Origin: Eledone cirrhosa
Taxonomy: Eukaryota
Reading direction: 5' to 3'
DNA length: 64,000 nt
Assembly (NCBI GenBank): GCA_964016885.1
Contig: OZ024741.1
Span: 143,964,001 to 144,028,000, forward strand
Below the pieces are notes generated by a model. The model was not told where the DNA came from. It did not search any database and was given only the letters and a program-made list of their open reading frames with translations. Positions 39,510 through 52,587 of the stretch are shown here, one piece after another (position 1 is the first letter of the stretch; each line of letters opens with the position of its first letter). The position numbers and the translations under genes were made by a program.

Positions 39510-40546
39510 CGTGGGCTCCGTTTGTGAGACGAAAATTTCCCAGACTCGTCTCACTCACCGAGCTGCAATCCTGGATCAAGCAACGACCGAGAAAACTGGG
39601 CGCCTGGCATACTTAGTGTGCCCAGGCGCTCACGGCCCTCTGGCAGGTGGACCCGGTTATCAGTGGAGACTCCACCGTGACATTCTATAGAGGGCTGGTA
39701 CGCAGCAGGTGCGACGACGCCCTCGGAGGAGCCCTAGACATGGAGGAAGACGAACTGGCCAGCCTGTTCGGTAGGACATTCAGCCCGGGACCTATGGAAA
39801 ACTTCCAGAAATCCCTGGCCTGGCAGTGCTACTGAGGGGCTCTAACCGTTCGAGAAAAGCTCTACAGACACGGGCGCCCGGGTAGGGACCCCGCCAAAAA
39901 GATCTGTCCCAGATGTGTGTGCGACGAGGAAACCGTTGCACACGCATTGGTACACTGCTCGGGTGTAGCCGATCTGTGGGGCTATGTCGAACGACTGCTA
40001 TCACGGGTGGGACCGATCCGGTTGACAACCGAGGCAATTGTAACGATTAAGCCGCCTCCCCCCTTCAAAAATGAAGGAGAGGCGGTGTTTCTGTGCGTAA
40101 TAGCCATGGTGAAAGAGGTTGTATGGTGGACGCATCTGAAAGGACTCAGGTCAGGCACCTTTCTCTCTGGCCAACAACTGATCCGTTTCTTCCAATATCA
40201 TTTCAGAAGAAGGATCAGGATGGAGAGAGATGCTCAACCGCAGTCGTTTTTATGAAAGGTAGGTGAAAGTGGCGAGAATGGCCCGTGTGAATGGGCCTTC
40301 TCTCTACATCAGCCTGTAGGTGGAAAAAGGAAGGAACGAGGGAGCACCCTCTCTGTGTGCTCCTGAGGAGAAGGGGTTGCACACTTTTTTCGGGGGTGTG
40401 TGCGACCCCCCAAACGCCCCCTCCCTATTGAGGACTTTATTGTTAATTTTATATTTGTTATTTGTTTTCTTTACTCGCCTTTTTGTGTAAACTCCCCCCT
40501 CGTATTTGTCCCCTTCTTTTGCGCCCTAGTGGCAATAAATAGAAAT
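39510..40546 (+). mobile_element. 5'-truncated Tx1/L1-group LINE
   Basis: zf-RVT-like CPRC..EETVAHALVHC..LW, GC-rich body, 3' UTR with AATAAA, and an 11-bp TSD CTATATATTTG at 39499-39509 and 40547-40557. Confidence 0.85.
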
Positions 40547-41424
40547 CTATATATTTGTTTACAATTTTTTAAAATATTTAGATGGAAAAGAAGAAAAAGA
40601 CGACGAAGCAGACGACTAAAATGAAAATGACAACAAAGACAAAGAAGACACGGGAAACGAAGATGATGAATAGAAGAAGAAAGTATGATCTCAGTTCAGT
40701 CTAAACCTAATGATTTATAGATATGATCTTAGTTCAGTCTTAACCTAATGACCTGTAGATACGATCTATTTAGGTTTAACTTAAACATTCAAAGATATTT
40801 GTATATACTTTTGTTGATGTTTGACATTGTTTTTTAGTTATGAAATAGCTTATAAGCTACATTATAGGATCACAGTGCATGAGCACACTGCTCTTTAAAT
40901 TAACTTTATCTCCTCAGCACTTTGTAAAGTCTGAGAGATAGGCAACATATATGTTTTACATTCTTTGTTTTTGGTATTTAGATTGCAGAGGAGAAGATAA
41001 AGGCACAGAAGAAGTCAAAGGTACAGAAGCAGTCAAAGGCACAGAAGAAGTCAAAGGCACAGAAGAAGTTAAAGGCACAGAAGAAGACAAAGAAAATGAA
41101 CAAGAAGAACAATTATTATTACTATTACTATTATTATTGTTATTATTATTTGTATTATTATAATCAAACTAAGCCACACTACATCAACCTATACCATGCC
41201 ATGCCACACCACACTGACAAACATTATACCATACCACATTATCCAACACCACACTACGAAACACTGTACAACCTCACATCAGACCATGCTATGAAACAAT
41301 ATCCCATACTACACTATACAACAATAGACAACACCACACAAGACTATGAAACACTATACTTTACCACACTATATCACACCACTCAAGTTAGAGAGGATCA
41401 ACTTTTTTCCTGGAAAGTAGAAAA

Positions 41425-44400
41425 CCTAACTTTAAAAATAACACTTACCCTAACACTTGCACTCACACATGCTCTAACAGTGAACTTAGCGCTAACATGA
41501 AAACTAACACAAACACAAAATTTGAAAACTAACATTAAATAGAAAACTAACACAAACACTAACCTGAACACTAACACTAAAACTGACACTAACACTAACC
41601 TGAACACCAGCACTAAAACTAACACTACTGTAAACACTAACACAAACCTGAACACTTACACTAAAACTAACATTAGCACAAACATTAGCCTGAACACTAG
41701 CACTAAAACTAACACTACAATAAACACTAACACTGACCTGAGCACTAACACTAAAAGTAACACTAACACAAACACTAATCTGAAAACTGATACTAACCAG
41801 AAAACTAAGCTAACATTAACTTCAACACTAAAACAAACACTAACGCTAACAGAGATACTAATACAAACATTAACACAAAAACAAACACAAACACAATCTC
41901 TAACACTAACCTCAACACTAACATTAAAACTAACATTAACTTGAACACTAACTCGAACACTAACATAAATACTAATGCTAACACTAACAGAAATACTAAT
42001 GCTAACATTAACGCTAACCTTAACACAAAAACAAAGACTAACGCTAACACAATCACTAACACTAATGGAAACATCAAACACTAATGCTAACAGAGATACT
42101 AACACAAATATTAACACAAAAACAAATACTAACACTAACACAATCTCTAACACTAACTAACCTTAACACTAAAACTAACACTAACATTAACTTGAACACT
42201 AACACTAACCTGAACACTTACACTAAAACTAACACTGACAGAGATACTAACACAAAAACAAACACTAACACAATCTCTAACACTAAAACTAAAATTAACT
42301 TGAACGCTAACACTAACCTGAAAACTAAGCTAACATTAACCTGAACACTAACACAAACACTCATGCTAACACTAACAGAAATACTAATGCTAACATTAAC
42401 ACAAAAACAAAGACTAACGCTAACACAATCACTAACACTAATGGAAACATTAATCACTAATGCTAACAGAGATACTAACACAAATATTAACACAAAAACA
42501 AACACTAACACAATCTCTAACACTAACCTTAACACTAAAACTAACATTAACACTAACACTAACCTGAACACTTACACTAAAACTAACATTAACCTAAACA
42601 CTAGCACTAAAACTAACACTACCATAAACAGTAACACAAACACTAACACTGATCTGAGCACTAACACTAACACTACCATAAAAACTAACACTAACCTGAA
42701 CACTAACACTAAAACTAACACGAAAACTGATACTAACCAGAAAACTAAGCTAACATTAACCTCAACACTAAAACAAACACTAACATTAACAGAAAAACAA
42801 AGACTAGCACTAACACTAATGGAAACACTAACACAAAATAAAACACTAACACTAATGGAAAAAATAACACTAACACTAAAACTAACACTACTGTAAACAC
42901 TAACCCAAACACTAACACTAAAACTGACATTAACACGAACATTAACCTGAACACTAACACTACCATAAACCACTAACCTGAGCACTAACACTAAAAGTAA
43001 CACGAGCCCTAATCTGAAAACTAACACTAACCAGAAAACTAAGTCAACATTAACCTGAACACTAACACTAATACAAAATCAAACACTAACACTAACGCCA
43101 ACGCTGACACTGACGAAGATGGCTATGCTGGCACAAACGCTAGCGCAAATGTTGACACAATCGCTTACGCTGACACAAACACTAACGTGAATACTGATGC
43201 AGGTGCAAAGGCGAATGCTGACAAAGACTCTGACGCACACGCTGATGTAAATGCTACACAGACTCTAACGCTGACGTGGACACTGACACAAATGCTCACG
43301 CTGATGCAAGCACTAAAGCAAATGCAGACACTAATGCAAACACAGACGCAAATGTTGACGCAAATGTTGATGCAGATGTTAAAGCAAACGCAAATGCTGA
43401 TGCAAACGATGACAGCGATGCTAATGTGAACCTTAACGCAGAAGTAAACATTGACGTAGAAGCTAAAGGAAACACTAATGAAAATGCTGACACAGACGCT
43501 AACACACATTAACACAGATGCTAACGTAAACACTGACGCAGATGCTAATATAAACACTGACGCAGACGCTAACGTAAACGATGACACAGACGCTAATGTA
43601 AACGATGACGTAGAAGCTAACGTAAACGCTGACACAGACGCAAATGTAAACGCTGACGCTGATGTAGATGTAAATACAGACGCTGACGTAGAAGCTAACA
43701 CAAACGCTGACACAGACACTAATGTAAGCGCTGATGTAGAAGCTAATGTAGATGCTGACGTAGAAGCTAACGTAAATGATGACGTAGATGTTAACGTAGA
43801 AGCTGACGTAGATGCTAACGTAAACGCTGACGTAGAAGCTAACAAAACGCTGACGTAGTTGTTAACGTAGAAGCAGGCGTAGAAGTTAGCGTTTACCCTT
43901 ATCGTCGAAGCTGATCTCCAAAACGCAATTGCTGATGCGGATTGCTGAAGCCAAAGCCAAGCTAACGCTGACGCAAATGTCGAGGCAGTATTGCCAGGCG
44001 CTGACGTGTATGCTGACGCTAACGCAAATGCTGATGCGGACGCTAGGGCTAAGGCTAACGCTAACGCTGACGCAAATGCTGAAGTTAACGCTTACATGGG
44101 ATATGCAGACGCTGCAATGATGCGGACGCCACAGGAAAGGTTAATGGAAACGCCAATGCTAACTGAAAACGCTGACGTAGACGTTACGGAAACGCTGACG
44201 TAGAAGCTAACGTAAACGCTGACACAGACGCTAACGTAAACGCTGACACAGGCGCTAACTGATACGCTGACGCTGATGTAGATGTAAATACTGACGCTGA
44301 CACAGACGGGGTCGGAAACGCTGACGTAGAAGCTAACGGAAATGCTGACGTAGAAGCTAACGGAAACACTGACGTAGAAGCTAACGGAAATGCTGACAAA

Positions 44401-44990
44401 GACGTTAAAGGAAACGCTGTCGCAAACGCTAATGCTAATGTGAATGCTGATGCTGACGCAAATGCTAACCCCTACACAAATGCAAACGCTGATGCTAACA
44501 CTGACTCAAACACTAATGCAAATGCTGACGTGCACGCTGATGCAAACGCTGACACTGAAGGAAATGCTGACACTGACACAAGTGCTGACGCGGACGCTAA
44601 TGATAATGCTGACTCAGAAGCTGACGTAGACGCAGGCACTGAAACAAACACTAATGCTAACACTAATGTTGACTCAGACGCTAAGGGAAATGCTGACACA
44701 ATCACTATCACCAATGCAGACGTTGACGCAAATGCTGACACTTACGCAAACACTAAGGCTAATCCAAACACTAACGCAGATGCTAACACCAGTCTACACA
44801 GACACTAACACAAAAGCTTACATAGACGCTTATGGAAATGCTAACGCTGATTCAGACAGTAACGCAAACAGTAACTGTAAGAGTAACAGTTACAGTAACA
44901 CTAACAGTGACAGTAATGCTAACAGTAACACAGTCACTAACAATAAACTTACCATTAACAGTAAAACTTACCCTAACACTAACATTAACC
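41425..44990. repeat. 3.5-kb degenerate hexamer array (TAACAC grading into TGACGC/TAACGC)
   Basis: 6-bp periodicity throughout, with internal higher-order duplications (41975 vs 42363; 41783 vs 42724). Confidence 0.9.
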
Positions 44991-45099
44991 CAGAAAAAAA
45001 GTCATTTGCAATCACATTTAAGGTCACTCTTTAAGATATAGAAGATAGGCATTACATTTTAATGATTTTAATTTAAAGAGAATCACGCTATATGATGCA

Positions 45100-47535
45100 A
45101 CACAATAACACACCACACCACACTTACCAACACTACACCAAACCAGATTATACCATACCTTGGTAAATTTATGATAGGTTTCCATGTTATAACTACACCA
45201 AACTAAACCATACCAAACTACACCAAACCAAACCACACCATACCAAACTACACCATACTACATCACACCATGCTATTGAACTCAGTGTGAAACATTTTCT
45301 TCCTGCTTTTTTTTTTCTGTGTGTGTGTGTGCTTACCACCCAATCTGATATCAAAGGTGCTCACAAATAACTTTTTTTTTACACATTATCAATGTATATA
45401 ACATGGAAACCTATCATTTACAATAGGTTCCCATGTCATAACTACAACAATCCAAACAACACCATAACAAACTACACCATTCTACATCACACCATGCTTT
45501 TGATCTCAGTGTGAAAAATTTTCTTCCTGTTTCTTTTTTTTTTTTTGTGTGTTCTTACCACCCAATCTGACATCAAAGGTGCTGCAATTGACTATTTTTC
45601 GCACATATTATCAATAATTATGACATGGAAAACTATCGAAAATGACTAGCTTTGTAGAAAAAAGCGGGAGGATGTGGGTGGAAATACCATTTACAAAGCT
45701 AGTCATTTTTTATTGCAGCGGAAGTCATATTTTTTGTTAATATGCTAAAAGCATAATCCACTGCGAGCTTCTTGGAAGTTGTATTAGTTGATAGCACATG
45801 CAAAAGTGAAGGAAAAAAATGTTTTTCTTACATAAATCAAAGTGGAAATTTAATTCCTTACTTATAACAAAGCACACCCTACCACATTAATCTACCCCAA
45901 ACCACACCATATTATGGTAAATTTATTACAGAACACCTACTCCTACCATTTACATCACACCATGGTAAGGACATCAATGTGACAAATTTGCTACCTGCTT
46001 TTTTTTTTTTTTTTGTGGTTACCACCCAAACTAACATCAAAGGTGCTTGCAAATGACTATTTTCCCACATGATCAATGAATATGACATGGGAATCTATCG
46101 TTTACAATTGGTTTCCATTTCATAACTTAACCAAACCAAATCACACCATACCAAGTTACACCATACTACATCACACCAAGCTATTGATGTTGGTGTGAAA
46201 AATTTTCTTCCCGTTTCCTTTTTTTTTTTTTGTGTGTGTGCTTACCACCCAATCTGACATTAAAGGTGCTCCCAATTGACTATTTGTTTTCCACTTATCA
46301 ATAATTATGACATAGAAACCTGTTGAAAATTACTATCTTTGTAGAAACTTCACCAAACCACACCATACTACATCACACCAAGCTATTGATTTTGGTGTGA
46401 CAAATTTTCATCTGGCAATTTTTTTTTTTTTTTTTTTTTGTGCTTACCACCTAATTTGACATAAATGGTGCTCGCAAATTACTATTTTATGCACATATTA
46501 TCAATGGTTATGACATGGAAACCTGATGAAAATGACTAGCTTTGTAGAAAAAAGAGGAAGGATGTGGGTGGAAATACCATTTACAAAGCTAGTCATTTTT
46601 TATTGCAGCGGAAGTCATATTTTTTGTTAATATGCTAAAAGCATAATCCACTGCGAGCATCTTGGAAGTTGATAGCACATGCAAAAATGAAGGAAAAATT
46701 TTTTTTCTAACATAAATCAAAGTGGAAATTTAAATCCTCACTTATAACAAAGCACACCACAGCACATTAATCTACCCCAATCCACACCATAACCATACTT
46801 CACTATATGGTAAATTTATTACAGAACACGGACTCCTACCATTTACATCACACCATGGTATGGAGATCAATGTGACAAATTTACTACCTGCTTTTTTTTT
46901 TTTTTTGTGGTTACCACCTCAAAATAACATCAAAGGTGCTTGCAAATGACTATTTTCCCCACACATTATCAATGAATATGACATGGGAATCTATCGTTTA
47001 CAATTGGTTTCCATTTCATAACTTCACCAAACCAAACCAAACCACACCATACCAAGTTACACCATACTACATTGCACCAAGCTATTGATCTTGGTGTGAA
47101 ACATTTTCTTCCCGTTTCCTTTTTTTTTTTTGTGTGTGTGCTTACCACCCAATCTGAGATTAAAGGTGCTCCCAATTGACTATTTTTTTTCTACTTAATA
47201 ATTATGACATGGAAACCTGTCGAAAATTACTATCTTTGTAGAAACTTCACCAAACCACACCATACTACATCACAGCAAGCTTATAACAAAGCACACCACA
47301 GCACATTAATCTGCCCCAATCCACACCATATACTTTACCATAACCATACTTCACCATATGGTAAATTTATTACAGAACACCTACTCCTACCATTTACATC
47401 ACACCAATACTCGCAGTTGACTATTTTTTTCACATATTATAAATGAATATAACTTTGAAACCTATCGTCAATGATTAGCTTTGTAGAAAAATGAAGGCAG
47501 AAAGTGGGTGGAAAAACCATTCACAAAGCTAGTCA
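45100..47535. repeat. Complex satellite, ~890-bp period with ~200-240-bp subunits
   Basis: AAAATGACTAGCTTTGTAGAAAAA at about 45639 and 46529, and a variant near 47470. TTACCACC(C)AAT-like subunit marker at about 45332, 45553, 46019, 46241, 46443, 46911 and 47141. Confidence 0.85.
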
Positions 47536-47607
47536 TTTTTAATTGCAGTGGAAATCATGGTCGTGTGTCATTGCCCATGAGAGGTGCAATTGGGAAAGGT
47601 CGGCTTA

Positions 47608-48173
47608 GAAATATTTACTTCTACGTTCACAGATTGATCTTTTTTAGTTTCAGAAAATCCCATGAAGGGTGAAAGCAGCCGATTCTTTGCTTAAACTTTA
47701 ATCTGTTATTTTAATAAATATTTGCTCTACGGTTCTTATATGTTTGATATATATTTATCCTTATCGAGCTCTCTTTGGATGTTAGTCTTCAAATTTATTA
47801 TTATTACTATTTGGCTCCCTTGACTGAGTACTCTATTGACTTATATTCATCATGCAGAAACATCTGAATATTTCTACAAAGAACATACCCGCACCAAGCA
47901 GGAAGAAATACCTAAAACTACGTCTCCATGAACAAAAGTATCGTCTTCCTGTCTTCCTTCGGTTGCAACGTTTTTCGAAATATTTACTTCTACGTTCACA
48001 GATTGATTTTTTTTTAGTTTCAGAAGATCCCATTAAGGGTGAAAGCAGCTGATTCTTTGCTTAAACTTTAATCTGTTATTTTAATAATATTTGCTCTACG
48101 GTTCTTATATAATTGATATATATTTATCCCTATCAAGCCCTCTTTGGATTTTAGTCTTCATATGTATTATTAT

Positions 48174-48178
<5 letters not shown>
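47608..48178 (+). repeat. ~200-bp direct duplication
   Basis: GAAATATTTACTTCTACGTTCACAGATTGAT... at 47608 and 47977. Confidence 0.8.
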
Positions 48179-48253
<75 letters not shown>

Positions 48254-48298
48254 ATATATTAGTTTATATATATGTGTGAGTATATATATATACATAAA

Positions 48299-48612
48299 TA
48301 TTGAGAGCATTGGCCTTGCAATCGAAAGGTTGTGAGTTCAATTCTCAGACCGGCTGATGTGTTGTTTCCTTGAGTAAGACACTTTATTTCACATTGCTCC
48401 AGTTTACTCAGCTGTAGAAATGAGATGATAGGACTGGGGTCCCTATCATTCCACTGCAAAGTGGATGTGGAGGTGCCACGGGAAAAAAGCACCCAGCACT
48501 CACTGTAAATGAGGTTGGTGTTAGGAAGGGCATCCAGCTGTAGAAATCAAGCCAGAATCAGTTCCCGTCCCACCCTTGCAAGCAGGGAAGTGGACGTAAA
48601 ATGAAATGATGA
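48299..48612 (+). mobile_element. Composite SINE (tRNA head, CORE-like, GGAAGGGCATCC domain, RTE tail)
   Basis: All modules visible in order; an inverted sister copy lies at 49017-49397. Confidence 0.8.
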
Positions 48613-48614
48613 AT

Positions 48615-48945
48615 GCTCCCAGCTGTGGTCACCCCTATAGTATCAAACTAACCATGGAGCTTGAAGCAATCCAATGAAGCTACACCAAGAAGGTTGCCAC
48701 GATGGAGATAAGCTACTGGGAGAGTCTAAAAGAACTGAAACTCTACTCCTCGGAATGAAGACAGGAGAGATATGCAATGATATACATATGGAAAATCCTG
48801 GGGGGGACTAAGACCAAACTTTCGCATCGAGAGCTGGACCAATTCTCGAACAGGACGTCACTGTGTGGTACCAAAGGTCCCGTCTTCCACATCTAAAATC
48901 AGGAGCAGCTATTGCAATAGCCTGGGGTTCAAAGGCTCTCAACTT
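48615..48945 (+). mobile_element. CR1/L2-group LINE C-terminal remnant
   Basis: Reads ISYWESLKELKLYS.E.RQERYAMIYIWKIL. Confidence 0.6.
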
Positions 48946-49016
48946 GATTTTCAAAATTTAAATTTGTGTTTCCTATTCATCAATGCTTCAAGCAAGCTAT
49001 AAAACTCTGTTATATT

Positions 49017-49397
49017 TCATCATCATCATTTTATGTCAGTTCTTCTACGCTAGCATGGGTTGTCCTGTTGTGGGCAGTGTCCGGTCGGCTGACCTTGTCT
49101 TGCTCATACGGGAACTGTTTCTGTCTTGATTTCTACAGCTGGATGCCCTTCCTAACACCAACCTCATTTACAGTGAGTGCTGAGTGTTTTTTTTTTACCG
49201 TGGCACCTCCACAACCACTTTGTAGTGGAATGATAGGGACCCCAGTCCTATCATCTCATTTCTACAGCTGAGTAAACTGGAGCAATGTGAAATAAAGTGT
49301 CTTGCTCAAGGAAACAACACATCACTCGGTCCGAGAATTAAACTCACAACCTTTCAATTGCAAGCCCAATGCTCTAACCACTGAGCCATGTGCCTTC
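49017..49397 (-). mobile_element. Full-length composite SINE
   Basis: A-box TGGCTCAGTGG, B-box-like GAGTTTAATTC, CORE-like block and RTE-type (GAT)n tail. Confidence 0.8.
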
Positions 49398-49404
49398 TAT
49401 TGTT

Positions 49405-50375
49405 GGCAATGTTAGGTCAGGTGACCATGTCTTGCTCATAAAGAACTGATTTTGGCTTGGTTTCTACAGCTGGATGCCCTTCCTAATGCCAAGCTCATTT
49501 ACAATGAGTACTGGGTGTTTTTTGTGATTCCTCCACGACTACTTTACAGTGTGGACTGGGTGTTTTTTACCGTGTCACCATCACGACCACTTTACAGTGT
49601 TTCGGCCTGTTCTCATGAAAGATATATTGGCGGGTGGGATGGAGTAGTGCATACTGTATGTATGTTTCAGCCTTGGCCTCGTCCCGTGGGAAGTTGGGGT
49701 TTCTGTATTACCTCATAACGCCAGAGATCTTGGTCCTGTGTCATTGCCTTTCAGAGGTGCAATTGGGCAAGGTCGGCTTTTATCACTTCATCTCAAGTCT
49801 TTCTGGGACTTTATGTAGCTGTCATCCTTCATATGAATCACATGTCCATACCAACATAATCTCCTCTCCTGCACACAACATTTGATTCCTGTTATGCCTA
49901 GTTTCTCTTTCAGTTTGTTTATGGTTTGCTGTTCGCGTATATTACTATTACACATCCATCGGAGCATACAAGCTTCATTCCTTTCTAATCTACGCAAGTC
50001 TTCTACACACAGCGCCCAGCTCTCACTACCATGCAACATTGCCGTTCATATGCATACATCATACAGTCTACCTTTTATTCTGAGGGAAAAGCCTTTTGTA
50101 TCCAGCTGTGGCAGTAACTCCCTCAACTTCTTCCATCCTGTTCTTTCAGAACACCCCCCTCCGCTGCTAATTCGGTATTGTTTTTACCAAGTCCTCCCAG
50201 ACTTTGATGTCACTTGTTTTCAGTGATTGTTTGCTGCTTACTGTCCTGGTGCAACTGCTACATGTAAAGCCTACATTCTTAACTAAACTTCCTGAGATCC
50301 CACTACATCTCTTGTGTACCCATAGTTTGCATATGGGGCAGAGGATGGAGTTTCTACCTACACCTCTCCTACATA
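49405..50375 (-). mobile_element. Degenerate RTE family B-like fragment
   Basis: PHD remnant (LCRRGVGRNSILCPICKLWVHKRC), MLHGSE.W and RRL.WYGH. Confidence 0.85.
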
Positions 50376-50434
50376 ATAAGCACACACACACACACACATA
50401 TATATATATACACACACTCACATATATATATATA

Positions 50435-51516
50435 CTAGACGAATTACCAGCGCCTTGCTGCGTTTCACACATTTTTTTTGTAAGAAAATGATAATTGATT
50501 TTAAATCAGTGATATAATTTATGGAGAAAAACTCAATATTACTCAATGTAAAATATAATGCATGAAAAATTGGAAAACATCATTTTTTGTAATATATCAA
50601 ATCAAAATTGCATTATTAAATCTTATTCTTATTTTGTTTCTTGTAAATAATTTTTTTCAAAATATCAATTGAAAACTTTTGTGAATAGGCATCATATCTT
50701 ATCATTTACCTATGGTTTAAGTTTCATATAAATCGAAAGGGAAAAGTTTTCAGTGGGGGTTTGTACCCTCGGGGAACCCTAATAGGGGGTTTAACCACCA
50801 TTAAGGTGTCTTATAGTATTGAAATTTTGTGAATAGGCATCATATCTCTTCATTTATCTATGGTTTAAATTGCATATAAATCGAACCGAAAAAATTTTCA
50901 GCGGGGCTTTTGTGCCCCCTGGTGAACCCTAATAGGGGGTTTAACCCTCATTAGGGTATTGTAATTTTATTGAAATTTGCTGAAATGATGTGAATAGGCA
51001 TCATATCTTGTCGTTTACCTATGGTTTAAATTGCATATAAATTGAAGGGAAAACATTTTCAGCAGGGGTTTGTACCACCGGTGAACCCTAATAGGGGTTT
51101 TAACCCCCATTAGGGTATTTTAATTTTATTGAAATTTGCTGAAATTTTGTGAATAGGCATCATATCTTGTCATTTACCTATGGTTTAAATTTCATATAAA
51201 TCGAAGGTAAAGTTTCAGCGGCGGTTTTGTGCCCCCGATGAACCCTTTGATTAAAATGAAATATACTTATACAAGTACCCTGGGCAATGTAGTTTCAGAA
51301 TATATATGGTTATGGGGGTCTATCTCCAAAACCATAGGAGGAGTTCGTAAAATCTTGTTCCATTCATTGGCCAAACTTTTCACTATAGGGCGTTTAACCC
51401 CCATTAGGGTGTCTTAATATTATTGAAATTTGCACACACACACACACACACACATGAAAATATCTGATGTCATTCGTCAACCTTCCACTACTTTCACTTC
51501 TGTATATTTATGAAGA
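50435..51516 (-). mobile_element. Non-autonomous Helitron-like element with internal ~150-160-bp tandem repeats
   Basis: Minus-strand 3' end CGCAGCAAGGCGCTGGTAATTCGTCTAG|T. 5' end TCTTCATAAATATAC.. followed by (TG)n. Repeat units start at 50681, 50829, 50990 and 51149. Confidence 0.55.
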
Positions 51517-51704
51517 AATGTTTAGAAAACAAATTATTTTCACCAACCTTATTCAAAAGCATGGATACAGTGCCCATGGAGACAAGCGACAGTCCCCATG
51601 GAGACAATCCCCACCAATCAGCAACAATCATCACCAACACCACGTGTAAATAAATAAACTTTAATCTTCACTTTGTGATAAAACACGCATCTGCAAGTTG
51701 AAAA

Positions 51705-52587
51705 ATGAGTTCTATAATATATCCAAGTGTTAAGGGAATTAACCATCGCGATCTTTCCATCGCTACCGCTACTACAGCAGATACCGTCAATTGGTTGAAA
51801 ATTCAAGGACTTCTGAATACACAAAAGGTCTGCCCTTCATGTGGTCAACGTATGTTGGAAGTAGCGAAACAAAATGTGTCAGATGGGATTATCTGGTCAT
51901 GTAAAAGACCATGTAGAAAACAGGTTTCTATTAGAAAAGGCACATTTTTAGAAAATAGCAATTTGAAGTGTGAACAAATAGTTGATATATTATATTTTTG
52001 GGTAAAAGAAGATTTAGCCAAGAAGATTTCAGAGGAATGTCGTATCGCGAATGTGGCCGTAGCAGATTGGCGAAATTTTTGCCGTGATGTATGTGCAGAG
52101 TACTATGTGGCACAAAACATTAAGCTTGGCGGGCCGAACCGAATTGTCGAGATTGATGAAAGCGCATTCGTGAGAAGGAAATACCATCGTGGCCATTCTG
52201 TGAAAACACAGTGGGTTTTTGGTGCTTTGGAAAGAAGTACCAGATGTATTTTAGTAGCAGTAGAAGACAGGACAGCGGGGACACTTTTAACCATTATACA
52301 GGATCGTATATTGCCAGGGACAACCATAATATCTGATCTATCAGCTAGGCTATCAACATTTGACGGTGAACCATTCGATCAATTTTGTTGATCCAGTAAC
52401 ATTTGCCACAACGAATCACATAGAATACTTGTGGAAACACGTAAAAAATAGGAATAAAAGGGAAAACGGGACAGCCAGAAATTTGCTTCAAACCCATCTC
52501 ATTGAATTCATGTGGCGGTATGAATTTAAAGGAGAAATTTTCCAAAAGTTATTAGAACATATCCGTCATCTAATTCCATGTATTTGA
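51705..52587 (+). pseudogene. Merlin / ISXO2 (IS1595/IS1016-like) DDE transposase, frameshifted
   Basis: N-terminal zinc ribbon (CPSC..W.C..C...SIRKGTF), VEIDES, KYHRG, WVFG, ILPGTTIISD. A small deletion/frameshift near 52341 is followed by GYQHLTVNHS.NFVDP..TN.IE..W and EFMWR in another frame. Confidence 0.9.

Larger units (their letters stand above)
37267..41110 (+). pseudogene. Decayed exon-like cassettes encoding acidic (D/E/K-rich) peptides plus a KRKK mini-exon
   Basis: Three paralogous modules (AAAGTCTGAGAGA...TTTAG|AT) at 37267, 40581 and 40982, all phase 1. A 48-nt exon at 39077-39124 (TTTCGTAG|..MSSYSKRKKVISKDL..|GTAAGT). Premature stops in the 40581 module. Confidence 0.45.

Noticed and set aside
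41398-43027. Long Val/Leu- or Thr/Asn-rich ORFs as genes
   Set aside because: They are products of the AACACT hexamer array, with overlapping ORFs on both strands and no domain signal.
51705-52587. Bacterial IS1595/ISXO2 element or contamination
   Set aside because: The motifs, TIRs and TSD fit eukaryotic Merlin, and it is embedded among host SINEs next to an intron-containing gene.
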